Below, piece by piece: positions 1 through 12,589 of a stretch of DNA of 64,000 nt; position 1 is the stretch's first letter, and each line of letters begins with the position of its first letter. Under the pieces are notes generated by a model. That model saw only the letters and a program-made list of their open reading frames with translations. It made no database searches and was not told the origin of the DNA. A program made the position numbers and the translations under genes. This DNA comes from Lama glama (lineage: Eukaryota), in contig CM052817.1 in the NCBI GenBank assembly GCA_028534125.1, positions 87,050,001 through 87,114,000 on the forward strand, read 5' to 3'.

Positions 1-99
1 TAAATATTTTTGTTTTGTGTCTCTTGTTATGTACCTAATCATATGACTTTGGTCGTATTTTAATGGTTTTTGTATTTATGCCTTGTTTTTAACCATGTT

Positions 100-197
100 A
101 TAACCTCACCAAGGCAGGACTGTGTCATCCATTTTATTTATATACCTACTCAACAGAATACTAAGTTCTATGTTCAGTATGTATTTGATTAAATGAG
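100..197 (+). mobile_element. L2 LINE 3' end fragment
   Basis: Decayed match to the L2 3' terminus (…aaggcaggactgtgtc…atttgattaaatga). Confidence 0.55.
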
Positions 198-201
198 CTG
201 T

Positions 202-285
202 GGAAGGAAGGCAAGATGAGTGGAAAGGAGGAAGGAAGGAAAGGAAAGGAGAGAGGGGCCGAGGGAGAGGGAAGGAAAGGGAAAT
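202..285. repeat. GA-rich low-complexity tract
   Basis: ggaaggaagg…gaaggaaaggg purine run. Confidence 0.8.
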
Positions 286-1189
286 GATAAGAACTGCTTG
301 AGACTTTGAAAAAAGTCAGTCGAAATTTTGCCACTTATTAAAAGTTAAAAAACACTGAATTTATGCAATGCAGTATATTTGCTCCAATAACAACAACTTA
401 ATCATTCTCAAATAAGAAAAGAAAGTGTTATTGGAAAGCATTGGTGGTCACTGGATCTGTTATATTGATGCTGCTTCTTCTTGGTAAATTATTTTACATG
501 TTTCTAGGACATGGCACACAAAAATGTTTAAAAAAGAACTAATCTGAGGTCCATGTAGCATGATTATATTCTTCAACAATTTTGAAAATATCAGAATGCA
601 TTGTCAAATACTTTATAGTACTCATAGTTCTTGTCAAATGAATTGATTGCTTTGGTCTCTTCAAGTGATCCCACCACAGTTAAGGAACAATTTGAAAGCA
701 ATATCCACAGTTAGAATGAAATTACTGTTTATGCCATTATTTTTCAAATGATGAATTTCATTTTGTCATTTTTAGAAATGGCCTGGATGAAAATAGCTTT
801 ATATTAAAGACTTTCATTGACACAGACTGATTTTTTTGTCTTCTGTATTGAATCAGTCTGTTCATTTGAATTTATTTATGTTCCTTTTAATTCTCGATAT
901 TTTAAAAAAGTGTTCTTCACTCTATCAATCTTATGTGTTATCAAGGAGTTCTTCCAGAATGAGCACATTCCCACATTACTTTTGGCTGATTCACTACCCA
1001 GAGAGATAATAAAATTTTTTAGATAGAATACTCCATAAAATGAACACATATCTAGTAATAAGTATGTATAATATTTTTTATTACATAATATACACCACAA
1101 AGCAGATATATTTATAACCAACTTATGAGCAATTTAAAAACTGACTACATACACGCTCAAATAATTTAATGTTTTCTTATAGAAACATT

Positions 1190-1810
1190 TCATTCTTTTC
1201 ATTCAGTTCATATCTACTCTATTATGTGTACTGTCTTAGGTGTTCAAGATACAGATTTTAATGAGATATAGAATTTGTCTTTAAGAAATTGACAGGGTAA
1301 CGGGAGTAGAGACTTATAATTTTTCACTAAGTCATAGCTTGCAAGTATTATAGGAGTACAGAGGAGGTTAGGACACATTTACATAATGAGATCAGGAAAA
1401 TCCACATAAAAGTGGTGACTTGAATCATGAATGATAAGAAGAATGGTATCTCATTGAGTGAACACTTAACCAGAGCATTCCAAAATAGACTATTATATGA
1501 AGAAATAGGAGTATGAAACTTTTTGATGACTTTTGGTTGATTGGAAGTGTATTAAGACTGAGATAAGGTGCATGATATGGAAAACAAAGGATAAGAAAGA
1601 AGATTGGTTTGGCTCAAACTCTTAGGAGTCTTGTGCATCAAGATAAAATTTTTGCACATTTTTTTTCTCTCACAGTAGGAGATGCGAAATAATACTTGTA
1701 GAAGAGTAATTATCATAATTGTGGAGAGATTAAAGTCGATACAATAGAGATTAAAACTACAGTGAAGAGTTAGGAGTTTTACCAGTAGTTTGAGTGAGTG
1801 TGATTAAGGA
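1190..1810 (-). mobile_element. L2 LINE 3' region
   Basis: Starts cattcttttcattcag (reverse of the L2 tail), followed by typical decayed antisense L2 sequence. Confidence 0.6.
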
Positions 1811-1829
1811 GGAGATGACTGGGCTGAAG

Positions 1830-2460
1830 CCTTGGTCCTCTTCTCTTTTTCTTTTCTCTGTCTGCATTCATTTGCAAAATGATCTCGTCTTGATCTTACA
1901 GCATTAAATCACATCCATTCAGACAAATTTCCCTGAACTTCAGACTTCTGTGCCCAGCTACCTTGTCTTCATTCCCTCATAGTTATATAATAACCATCTC
2001 ATACTGTTAACATGTCAAAAACTGAACTCTGGTACCATCTCCCACACCCTAGCTAAAACCTCATCTAGATGCAGCTTTTCCATCTCAGTTGATGCTAAAC
2101 CCAACTTTGTTGCTCAGAAAAATATAATTTGAAGTCATCTTTTTTTCTCACATTTACACATCCTTTAATGTCATGCTCAAAATACATTCAGAATCTGATG
2201 GCATCTCATACCGACTGCTGTCACCCTCTTCCGAGCAGCAACAACTTGTTTTGATTAGTCGAACAGCTGCCTTGGTGGTCCAGCTGCCTTTCCTTCCCCT
2301 TCTATATTGCTTTCTCACAACATGGTCATCAGAATGATTCATTAAAAATGTTATTTACACATACTCAATATCCTTCAAAGGCTTTCCATTTCATTCGGAG
2401 TAAAATTCAATTTTGCAGTGGCCTCCTAAATCCCACATGACTAACCCTCAAACTATATGA
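1830..2460 (+). mobile_element. L2 LINE fragment
   Basis: L2 hallmarks such as cctgaacttcagact and aacatgtcaaaaactgaactc. Confidence 0.75.
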
Positions 2461-4049
2461 ACTGCTTTTGCTAAAAGAAAACTTTCAAAAATTGGAATAA
2501 CCAATATTGAGATGTACCATATATAAATCAGGTAACTGTTAATTTTATTTGAAAATTAAGATATCACTGATGCTAAAAGAATAACTATTTTCAGTGGTGT
2601 GGTAGAACAAAGAACTCATTTTGTAATAGGATTTCCTCTGGATTACTTAGACAATTTTCAACTGGATACATATGATTTAAAAAGAAATATCTGACTGTCC
2701 TTTATGATTGGATTACTGCCTTCCGTTGATTCTTATTTTGTGGTTAGCTTTATTCCTTTGATAATTATGTAAGTTTAAAAAGCCAAAGCTCTAATCTGTT
2801 CTTAGAAATGATGATCAGTACATATATGCAAACTAAAAAATGTGCAGTATATTGTATTTATGCATTTACATGCAATATAATGTATATGTGCAGTCAAACT
2901 AATAATTCTACCTAATTAAACTGAAAAAGGAAAAGAAAAGAATAAAAAAATATTTTTGCATTTTACAACTTGGTATTTCCATTGGCCTTAATATCAGTCT
3001 TGTTATTTAAGATTTAGATCCAGTTCCACATTCTTTATATCAAGATTATTATAAAATTACACAAAAGCTATTTGCAATTTAATCTTTGCATTTAGAATAC
3101 AGCAATGTAATACATAAAACACAGAGACAATTTTAAATATATGTAAAAAGATGATTGTCTACTTAATTTGAGGTGTTTAAACTGATCTTTAATTTTATGA
3201 AGCAGTTTTCAATGTACAATACTTGTGTAAGAATAACTGCTGCTGGTTTTCTTATATGATTTGCACAAATTGAAGACAAGGTAATTTATAAAACTCAGAG
3301 TTTTAAAGTCTAGTCTGCCCTGAATAAATACAGTCTTTTTTTAAAATAAGATTATCTCGGCTGCTTGCTTCAGATACTTTATTTTTCCCTGTATAATTCA
3401 ATAGTGTCAGTTACCCGCAAACAGGAAGTAACTTAAAGATTTAGTAGACAATCTGAAAGATGTAAAAGTAATTTAGGAAGTAAATAATATATATACCTAG
3501 GAAGTCTAGGTAAATCTTAAGGTAATGTATTTAAAGATAAATTTATTTAAACATTTTAAAATTTAGATTTTCAAAAACACAAAGAAAACCAGCAAAACTT
3601 TATCCAAATTACATAGAACATGCATATTTTAAAGTAAGGATTGACTAAAATATTTTGCCGTTAATAGTTTCTGAATTTCCCTGTGTCTTAAACCATAGTA
3701 GTAACAGTTCCTGGCTTATTAATAATGTACACAAATATGTTTAGTTTTTACTGTCATTATTTTTATTCTCAGGGAGTAATAATAAATATATACAATTAAT
3801 TGACAAATTATATCTATAACAATATACAGCTAGGTACAGTCCTAATCCTAGAGCTGAACAAGACAGAGGACTCAAAAAATAATAACTTTTTAGAAAGCAG
3901 TTTTTCTTCATCTGCTTTCCCCCAATTTAACAAACATTTTCTAACTTTTCTCTTAATTCATATACCAAAAAAGGAACATCCATATGGAAGATATGAAGTA
4001 TTTAATGATGGTACTGCAACTATGTGATTGACATAATACTCAAATGAAT

Positions 4050-5005
4050 AAAAACTTCAAATATTTTAAAATCTATGCAATTTTATCATAAAAATACATA
4101 GGTTACTATTTATATAATTTAGGGGATGGAAAAGTTATCTGGAAGTAGAAGATGAAAGAAAACAGAAAAGATAAGTAATTTTTAAATATTAAGTTACTTA
4201 TTTAAAAATTTTGTTAATATCATAAATATAATTAAAATATAATGACAAACTGTAAAAAATGTTTGTTTATATGATTTATGTGACAGTAGAGGATGTTCTT
4301 AACACATATGAATGTTGTCCAAATCAATAAAATTAATGAACAACTCTACAGGTAATGGTGCAAAGAGAAAGAAAATAATTTATAAAAAGATATAAAGTTG
4401 CTATAACATATTAAATATTAGAAGGTGCAATCATGTAAGTGAAAGATGTAACTCCATTTGAGCTTATCAGATTGGTAAGTGTGTTTATTTTTTCAATAAT
4501 GATTCACATGGTATTTTCAAGATACAAGAAAAGCAACGTCACTTCTGCAGGCCAATTTAAGAATATAGCCAAAGTATGTAAAAAATGTGCAAAGGCATAC
4601 TTTTTAGCAAAATGTCCCACTTCTATAAATGTATCTTCAGAAACTGAAAATCATAAAAGGCTGTAAATGAATAATTCTTCTGAAAGCCTATTGAAAATTG
4701 AATATTCTTCTCAAGTACTTATAAAAAGCCAAGCAAAATTACACAGAGAAATTAGAAGGAAGAAAATGAAGCAAATAGTTGCATAATTAATAAAATAGTG
4801 CACAGCAGAGAGAATAAGCAAAATGAAGAATTAGTTCTTTCCAAAAAACAAGTAAAATGGATAAAACAGCAATGAGATTGAGCTAGGGGAAAAAAAAGGA
4901 AAAGACCACAAATTTTCTAAAACAGTTTACCATGTGGACAACAGTATAGATTCTACAGACAATAAAAAGCTGAGTCCTTTATGAACAACTTTCTGACAAA
5001 TTTTA
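4050..5005 (+). mobile_element. Old L1 (L1M-type) fragments
   Basis: A-rich decayed ORF2-like sequence, e.g. ttagttctttccaaaaaacaagtaaaatggataaa and ttatgaacaactttctgacaaa. Confidence 0.45.
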
Positions 5006-5119
5006 AAAGTTGGCATACTTTCAGTGGTTGGTGTGCTTCAAGTTTTGGCTATTTTTAACTATTTCACGATAATAGGGGCCCTGGCAAAACCATAATGTTT
5101 TCTTTGATACTCATGTTTG

Positions 5120-6410
5120 TCTATTTACTACCATTATCTTAACCTCAAACTAGTCATTTTCAACAACAACCTTTTCATCATCTCAGTGTCATTTCAATCT
5201 CCGATCACTGTCTTCAATAATGTAAGCTCATTTGCTCCATCGTTCTGACTCAAGTCGTACTTTCCTCTCACTAGCACCTTGAATCCATTGATCCTGCCAC
5301 ATCCCATTGTCCATCGACCCTACACATTATCACTTCTCTCCCTCCCCATCGTACATTCTAGATCCCTTTAAGCTGCCTGAAATATGCCCTCATCTCTGTT
5401 GTCTTCCTATAACTTTGATTTCCTTGGATATACTATATGCCTGGTTAAAGCCAATTCTTCACCTTTTCCTTCCCTGAACCTGGTAGAGGGATGTGGTTAG
5501 GAAAACACTCCCAAAGCAACACTGAAATCTCACTTTAAATGTCATCTCATTAAAAGCTAGAAAGCTAAAGCTGCCCTGCCCAGCAATCATATTGTACTCC
5601 CCTAGCTCAGCCTGCTCCCATTCAGTGGGAGCATAAAACAGAAGGGACAGTCTTTCTCCACCACCTTTGCCATATATTTGACCAGTACAGTAAACCTATT
5701 TTTTTTTTATTATGGATGAACCATCTGTGGCCCTAGCTAAGGCCAGAGCCTCCATTTATATAGTTGGTCTTAACTTTTCTCACCTGCTCAGTAACATGAC
5801 CCCAGTATAACATTGCTTGTTTCCCTGCATCATCCATATCTGTTCTTTACAGGGTCTAACCCAACAGCAAACAAACCATTGCTACCCCCACCTTAAAAAC
5901 AAAACCAGAAATAGCACAGGGAACTATATCTAATATCTTGTAATAACTTTTAATGGAATAGAATATGAAAATAAATATATATATATATATATATATATGC
6001 ATGACTGGGACATTATGCTGTACCAGAAATTGACACATTATAACTAACAATACTTCACTTTAAAAAAAGTACATAGAAAAACAAAATCAGAAATAAACAA
6101 AACAAAATCCCCCATTATTCTCTTTTAAACCCATGTGTATATCTAATGACCACATTTCTCTACTTACGTAAATTTGCTAAAATGGTCACCTGTTCTCCTG
6201 CCTCCGACGTCCCTCCTACCATCCTCTCCTGAAGCCATTTCTGTCAGGCTTCTACTCCACCATGTGACTGAGACTGTTTTTTGTTCTGACATCAATGACT
6301 TCCACAAAGCTAAATCCAATGAACTGGGTTACTTTGACCCTAATGGATATTTAACCATATTTAAAATAGAGATGATCCCATCATGGACAATTTTTCTTAT
6401 GATGATATAG
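5120..6410 (+). mobile_element. L2 LINE ORF2-derived fragment, interrupted by a young L1
   Basis: Pyrimidine-rich L2 motifs such as tcaggcttctactccaccatgtgactgagactg and tcaatgacttccacaaagctaaatccaatg. Confidence 0.7.
5914..6076 (+). mobile_element. Young, severely 5'-truncated L1 3' end (camelid/cetartiodactyl type) with internal (TA)n
   Basis: gcacagggaactatat…atgactgggacattatgctgtaccagaaattgacac. 19-bp TSD aaaaacaaaa(c/t)cagaaata at 5895-5913 and 6077-6095, preceded by TT (TT/AAAA endonuclease site). Confidence 0.9.
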
Positions 6411-6821
6411 GTGTGAAACTGAAAAAAAGAGGTCTACTGATGTGGTAGGAGCAAAGAAATTCATCGTATAAACATGCAGTGTCTGTTATGGTAATGCCAT
6501 CTAAGCTCAATGAAAGATTAAAAGATGCCATTAAATAAGTCACATTCAGCTAGTCACAAATTTCTGATAAAAAAATGACATAGAAAATGACTATTGCAAA
6601 TAACAATCAGGTGCATTAAAACGGTACAAACAGTAGTGGGGGGAAGAATGTCAAAATATTAAGAATAATTTGATGAGAGCTCTGATATTTGATCTGCCCT
6701 TTAAAAAACAGAAATTTATAAGATGGGGATCAAGACATACTGAGTGATACAATCTATAATTAAATTAATGTCACCGGGTACACAACATATTTTGTTATTT
6801 TGTATTTTAGTATTCCTTCTC

Positions 6822-7225
6822 TGTATTAGTTGGCTAGGGCTGACGTAATGAAGTACCACAAACAACTTCTCTTGGCTTAAACAACAGAGATTAATTGTCC
6901 CATATTTTGGAGACTAGAATTCCAAAAATCTGGGTGTTGACAGTTGGTTCTTTCTGAGGGCTGTATAGGAAAGGATCTCTTCCAGATCTCTCTCATTGTC
7001 TTTATGTTCACACGATATTCTTCTTGTATGTTTATCCATCTCTAAATGATGTCTTTTTATAAGGACACCAGTCATACGGAATTCGGGTTCACCCTATGAC
7101 CTCACTTTAACTTGAATACCTCTGTAAAGACTCAAAATTTCGCCAGTTACGTTCACATTCTAAGAGACTGGAGGATTAAGATTCCAGCATATGAATTCTG
7201 TGAGGATAAAATTCACCCCCTAACA
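6822..7225 (-). mobile_element. MLT1 (B/C-like) ERVL-MaLR solo LTR
   Basis: tgtattagt…ggcttaaacaacag…aaggacaccagtcat…taaca; near-perfect 5-bp TSD ttctc/ctctc. Confidence 0.9.
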
Positions 7226-7283
7226 CTCTCCATTAGTCAGTTAGTTCCACTAGGATCTCCAGGGCAGATTTGTTTATTAATTC

Positions 7284-7336
<53 letters not shown>
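7284..7336. repeat. (ATCT)n microsatellite
   Basis: About 13 perfect tetranucleotide units. Confidence 0.97.
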
Positions 7337-8288
7337 ATTTCCCAGGAGCATTGTAGATGTTCAGAAACATTTATCAAATGTTATTGAAGTTTGTTATAAA
7401 CTTGATCAAGAAACACAAAGCCTATTTTGCAAACAATACATCTGATCTTTATAACATCAAATTAGCTGGAATTGTTTGGAATTCTAGATTCAGTAATCAT
7501 TTTCTGGAATTCACAAAACATGTTTTATTCTTTTTCACTTGTTCATCATAAGCAAATAATAAGCATCCGTTTTACCAAAACTTAGTGTACTGGAACCATA
7601 GTATTTGTGAGTTCCTTTGACATACTGACTAATTTAGAGTCATATAAAACAGATTTAGTGCCCATTTGTGCTTAAGCATACTGCAGTTATTGACATGCTA
7701 ACTGTGCATCATATTTCTTCTAATCTCTCTGTAGTTGTGTATGACTTTTGAACTAGACAGCTACCTTAGTCCTTAAATCGCAATGCAGTTTCCTTGATAG
7801 GACTATAATAATGCCTCAGACTCTCATTTTTCTGCGGTCTGGCTTTGAAGACTTTTGTCAGCTTAATGATTCCTACAGGATAAACTGTCTTCTATTTTCT
7901 TTCAAATGCTGTATTTAAAATTTTAAAAAGACAAATAATCTTTGAAAGAAGCTGAGGGGCATTTTCCCTAAACAACTTTTTAAGCAGGTGGTAAAATAAA
8001 GCAATTAACATTGAGTGACTCTAGCTCAGATAAAGGTGAGAAACTGGCAGACAACTTCATCTTTCTGGTGGCAATATGTTTGGAAAATGCTACCTCTCTC
8101 TGACTCACTTCCTGAGTTATTAGCCTCAAATTCCTCATTTCTAACCCTAGGCTTTACCTTGAAAGGACCTATGCAGTTTCACATTCATTATTCTTAAAAT
8201 CACTTGTTATTCTTACTCAAAAGTCAGTTCAAGTCTTTGATAAAAAAAAACTTCAAAATGGACAAAAATAATTCAAAACTTGTTTGAC

Positions 8289-8334
8289 ATATATATATAT
8301 ATATGTATGTATATATGTATGTATGTATGTATAT
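8289..8334. repeat. (TA)n/(TATG)n compound microsatellite
   Basis: Directly visible. Confidence 0.9.
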
Positions 8335-8476
8335 AATGTGCATGATTCTCAGTTCACTGCCTATAAAGCATGAAATGAATTAACCTTAATCTCTCCAGGG
8401 ATTTTTTTTCTCTTGACAGATTAAAAAAATAAGTTGCAATTGAATTTGGTAAGACAATTTAAAATCTATCAGCTCT

Positions 8477-8865
8477 GCATTATAAGCCAGAAAGAGAAAG
8501 AAAACTACCATGTGATATCACTTATATGTGGAATCTAAAAAAAGGACACAAATGAACTCAGCTACAAAACAGAAACAGACTTAACAGACATAGAAAACAA
8601 ACTTATGGTTATTAGAGGGTAAAGGGGGTGGGAAGGGATAAATCGGGAATTCAAAATTTGTACCTCTTGGGGAGTTAGCTACATTCATTGCGGTGGTGGT
8701 TTCATTAGTGTATACATCTATCAAAATTCATCATCTGTACATTTGAAATATGTGTAATTTACTGTACAGGAATCATACCACAATAAAGGTGTTAAAAATT
8801 CACCAGCAAAAACATAAAAAAAAGTTAAAAATTTTAATTATATAAAAAATAAAATAAAATAAAAT
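8477..8865 (+). mobile_element. L1-mediated chimeric retro-insertion (young L1 3'UTR piece + old L1M 3' end + A-rich tail)
   Basis: Perfect 16-bp TSD aaaatctatcagctct at 8461-8476 and 8866-8881; AATAAA at 8782-8787; (AAAAT)n tail. Confidence 0.85.
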
Positions 8866-11699
8866 AAAATCTATCAGCTCTACTGAGAGATTATATTTGT
8901 AATTAACATGGATGAAGATCATGTTAAAAAGAGCCATGAAAAAATAATGGCTTACCAAAGAATGATTTTATAATGCAGTAGCATATAAACCATCCCTGCC
9001 TCCTTTCTCTGAGACTATATTCACATTTCAACAATCTGAGATTTTTCATTGGAAATGAAAGAATACATGATTCAGATGCCAACACTTAGTCAAGACAACT
9101 ATCACCAATGATTATTCAGAGGAATGTTAGAAACATACTACAGAAAGTAAAATTTAAATAGTATATTCACATAATAACAACTCCTGAATATTGTTTTGAA
9201 AATATTGTTTTGAGAAATACATGTAGAAAGTAGATTATAATTGTATCTAGGGGTGGGGTGGGGTGGAAATCATGCCAAGACTGTATTATTTTAGATTGCA
9301 AACTTGTGCTCAGCCTTCTTTTTTGATACATCAATCATAAACTATTTATTGTTAAATACTAATAGCAAACAAGTTAATTTATTGATTATACAGAAAGTAA
9401 ATAGGAGATCTGAAAGTTAAATCTACTACAAAAACATTATTTTGCGATATATTTTTATGAGACAAACAAAATCCCAAGTGTAGTTTCATTTTATACTTGT
9501 TAGTAAGAAAATAATTCAGATTTTGATTAATAACGTAGTGCCACTTTGAATTCCATTGACTTAATTGTCCATGGGGACTCAACTTCTTTATATTAGCTGA
9601 CATGCTGACATGGTTTGGTACCTTCAATTAGCTTCGTTCAATTACATGAACTTGTGATTAGAAGAGGCTAACTGTGAGCCAATGTTGTAATTAAATCTTC
9701 TAAAAATAGGAGATAATCCAGTTGTATCTGATAGTGTCAATATATGCCTGTGATAATGCTAAGTATACATAAACGAACATAAATAAGTATTTCAAATTTA
9801 TATAAAAAAGTGTATTTGAAAATAGCATTAGCAGATCCATCGAACACAATGTTTCTTTGCTCCTAAACATTCAATTCTAAATTGCTGCAAAGATGCTTTT
9901 GCACAAATTTTGGTGGAAAGCTTTGTACCTTTTAGTATACACTAAAATTGTTCTTCACATTCAAAATATATGAGTCAACTAAATGATTTTTAATATGATA
10001 TGCCTTTTCTTCATGCTGTTTTGCTTATATTAATACAATTTTTCAATCTTTTTTCTATGACAAGTGTATTATATTTAGAATCTTATGCTTTGTTAATGTT
10101 ATATTCATGAAGAAATTGTAATTGACTCCATACCTGCTGCTTCAATAGGAAAGATTTAATTTGCCCCAAATTTTTAATGTCAGCGTAATTTGTTCATTTT
10201 TGTTGCCATGTCCAAATTTGCCAGAGATAGAAATATGTGTATATGTTTATACATATGTATGTATATACACATATGTATGAGTATGTATATTTAGATAAAT
10301 GTGATAAATTTTGTGCTTCTTTAAGATCATATATTTAAAATAGCCCTATATACTCAGTTGATTTGCATGAAAATCTAATTCTAAGATTTCAAAAAATACT
10401 TTTATTTAAATATGAAAGGAGTTAAATGGTTTCCAAATTAGTTTATCTTTCCTTTGATGTAAAACATCGTCAGTGTAACTAGAGAACTAATACAAATGTA
10501 ATTATATTAATAAATCAATTGAAGCCTAATTTATTGCATTTATTGTTACTAAAAATTATGAATATTTTTTGTGAGTATAAGCAGAAATTACTTACATTTT
10601 ACTTGGAAGATACATTTTAAAAAAATCAATGCATCTCTCCTAAAAAAGACTGATATGGAAGCTTAGAATTTTGAAAATTTAATACTTAATAGCAATTTAA
10701 TTTTTATTTAATAATAATTTATATGTATTGTGTTTAGCTTATTGCCAGCCAATATGCAAGGTTTTTAACATATCTTACATCATTTAATTCCTGGAACATT
10801 TTGTGCACACTTCATAGTTGAAGGAAATGAGTAGTTTGGTAATATTCCAAAATTACATGACTAGCATGGATAAAAATGGGTTTTAAAACCTGAAAAACCT
10901 AAGATTTGAAATGAAAATTTTAAAGTTTTTATTCACTACTATTCTTTACTGTCTCCAGTTTATTTCATCCTTTGTACAGATAAGTAAGTGGAAAATAAGT
11001 GCCTTGGAAAAAACTGATGCAGCTTGTAAATTGTAACAGGAGTGATATTAAAAGTTTTGCAATACTTGCAGCACAGGCATTGTCCTCCAAAGATAGACTT
11101 TGTATATACAGTAGCAATATGTTTCTATGGTTACTTAACTTAATAGCACCACATAATAACTGTTTATTTTGGGTTAAGACATAAGAAATTGTGATTAAAG
11201 GAGAGGCATTTTTTTCTATTACACTTTTCTGACTTTCAAGTTTCATCCTTTCAAAAATTCCTCAATATTTGTATAAACTCTTAAAAGGGTTTGGGAAAGA
11301 AATGCTGTACCATCTATATTTTGCACTGAAGCATTGCTCCATATATTTTATAAGTTTCTAATACATTTTGTTGGAATTTTGAACAAAATATTTTCTCTTT
11401 TATTATAGATGTTTATTGCTAAAATAAAATTTGGATTTTGAAAATTCTTGTATCAATCCTACCAAATTCTTGTAGCAATCCTACCAAATTTCCTTTTTAC
11501 TTCTACTAGTCTTAAAATTTTTAAAGTATATAATCAAGGGATGAACAAAATTATCTTCTTTTCTACCATCTATCCATATTGCTTAATTTAATTTTCTCAC
11601 TGCATTGAGTACTCCTTATATTAAATACGGTGAACCCAAATTGTAGGACATACTGTACAGCAACGTTTGATCTCTGACGCCATGTTTAATGTCAGTATC

Positions 11700-12020
11700 A
11701 TTTAGAAAAAAAGGCTGGGGAATTCTTACAGATTGAAGTGATGGAGGAGTGATCTGAATTTAATAATTACAGGAAAAATTGTGATAGAAGACATTAATGA
11801 AAAATGTGACAATATTTGAATTTGGATTGCATATTATATAATAATATTTTAGTAACATTCTTGTATTTTACTTAAGTATATAAATATAGAGAATGATAAA
11901 GCAAATGTAGCAAAATGTCAATTGGTGAATCTAGATGAGCATTATAAGGGAGTTCTTTGTAATAATTTTCCAATTTTTATGTAAGTATGGAATTTTTTTA
12001 AATAAAAAAGGTAAAAATAA
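11700..12020 (+). mobile_element. Old L1 (L1MC/L1ME-like) 3' end
   Basis: aagcaaatgtagcaaaatg…ggtgaatctagatgag…gttctttgtaataattttccaattttt…aaataaaaaag. Confidence 0.75.
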
Positions 12021-12589
12021 TAATGAGACCTAAGAGTTCATTTACTTCCTGATATTAACTTAATATTTTAGTGCTTTCACATTTAATAAAATATTTGTAG
12101 TAGGATTTTGTTAAATAAAAATTTTTAAAGAATACTTTTTGAATTTTATAGGCTTTCAACAATTATTGAACAACTGTTAAAATGTATTAGAAAATGTTAA
12201 TAGACTTCCGGATACTAAGATACGCTTGCATCCCTGAAACAACCCTAATTGAGCAATGTATTTAATATATACACAAGAAACAAGTGGAAAATTTAAATAG
12301 ATTAAAAGCCTTAGGATAATTTGAAAAGGCCACTAAAAATGTAGCACTAAAAAATTACGTTAGGACTGAGTGGGTCACTGCTATTTTGTCCTAACTTTAA
12401 AAAATAGATTATTCTATGCTATTAAAAGTATGTTTTGCAATTGTAAAAGAGGACAGGGCTCCAAGGCACTTAAAAATCTCAATACAAGAATAGTGTTTAA
12501 ATAAATAAAAAAATAAATACAGTGAGCAAGCAAGAAATAGCCATTGAGGAAGGTATACTATCAAAAGATTTGGAGAGTCCAGCTGTATA

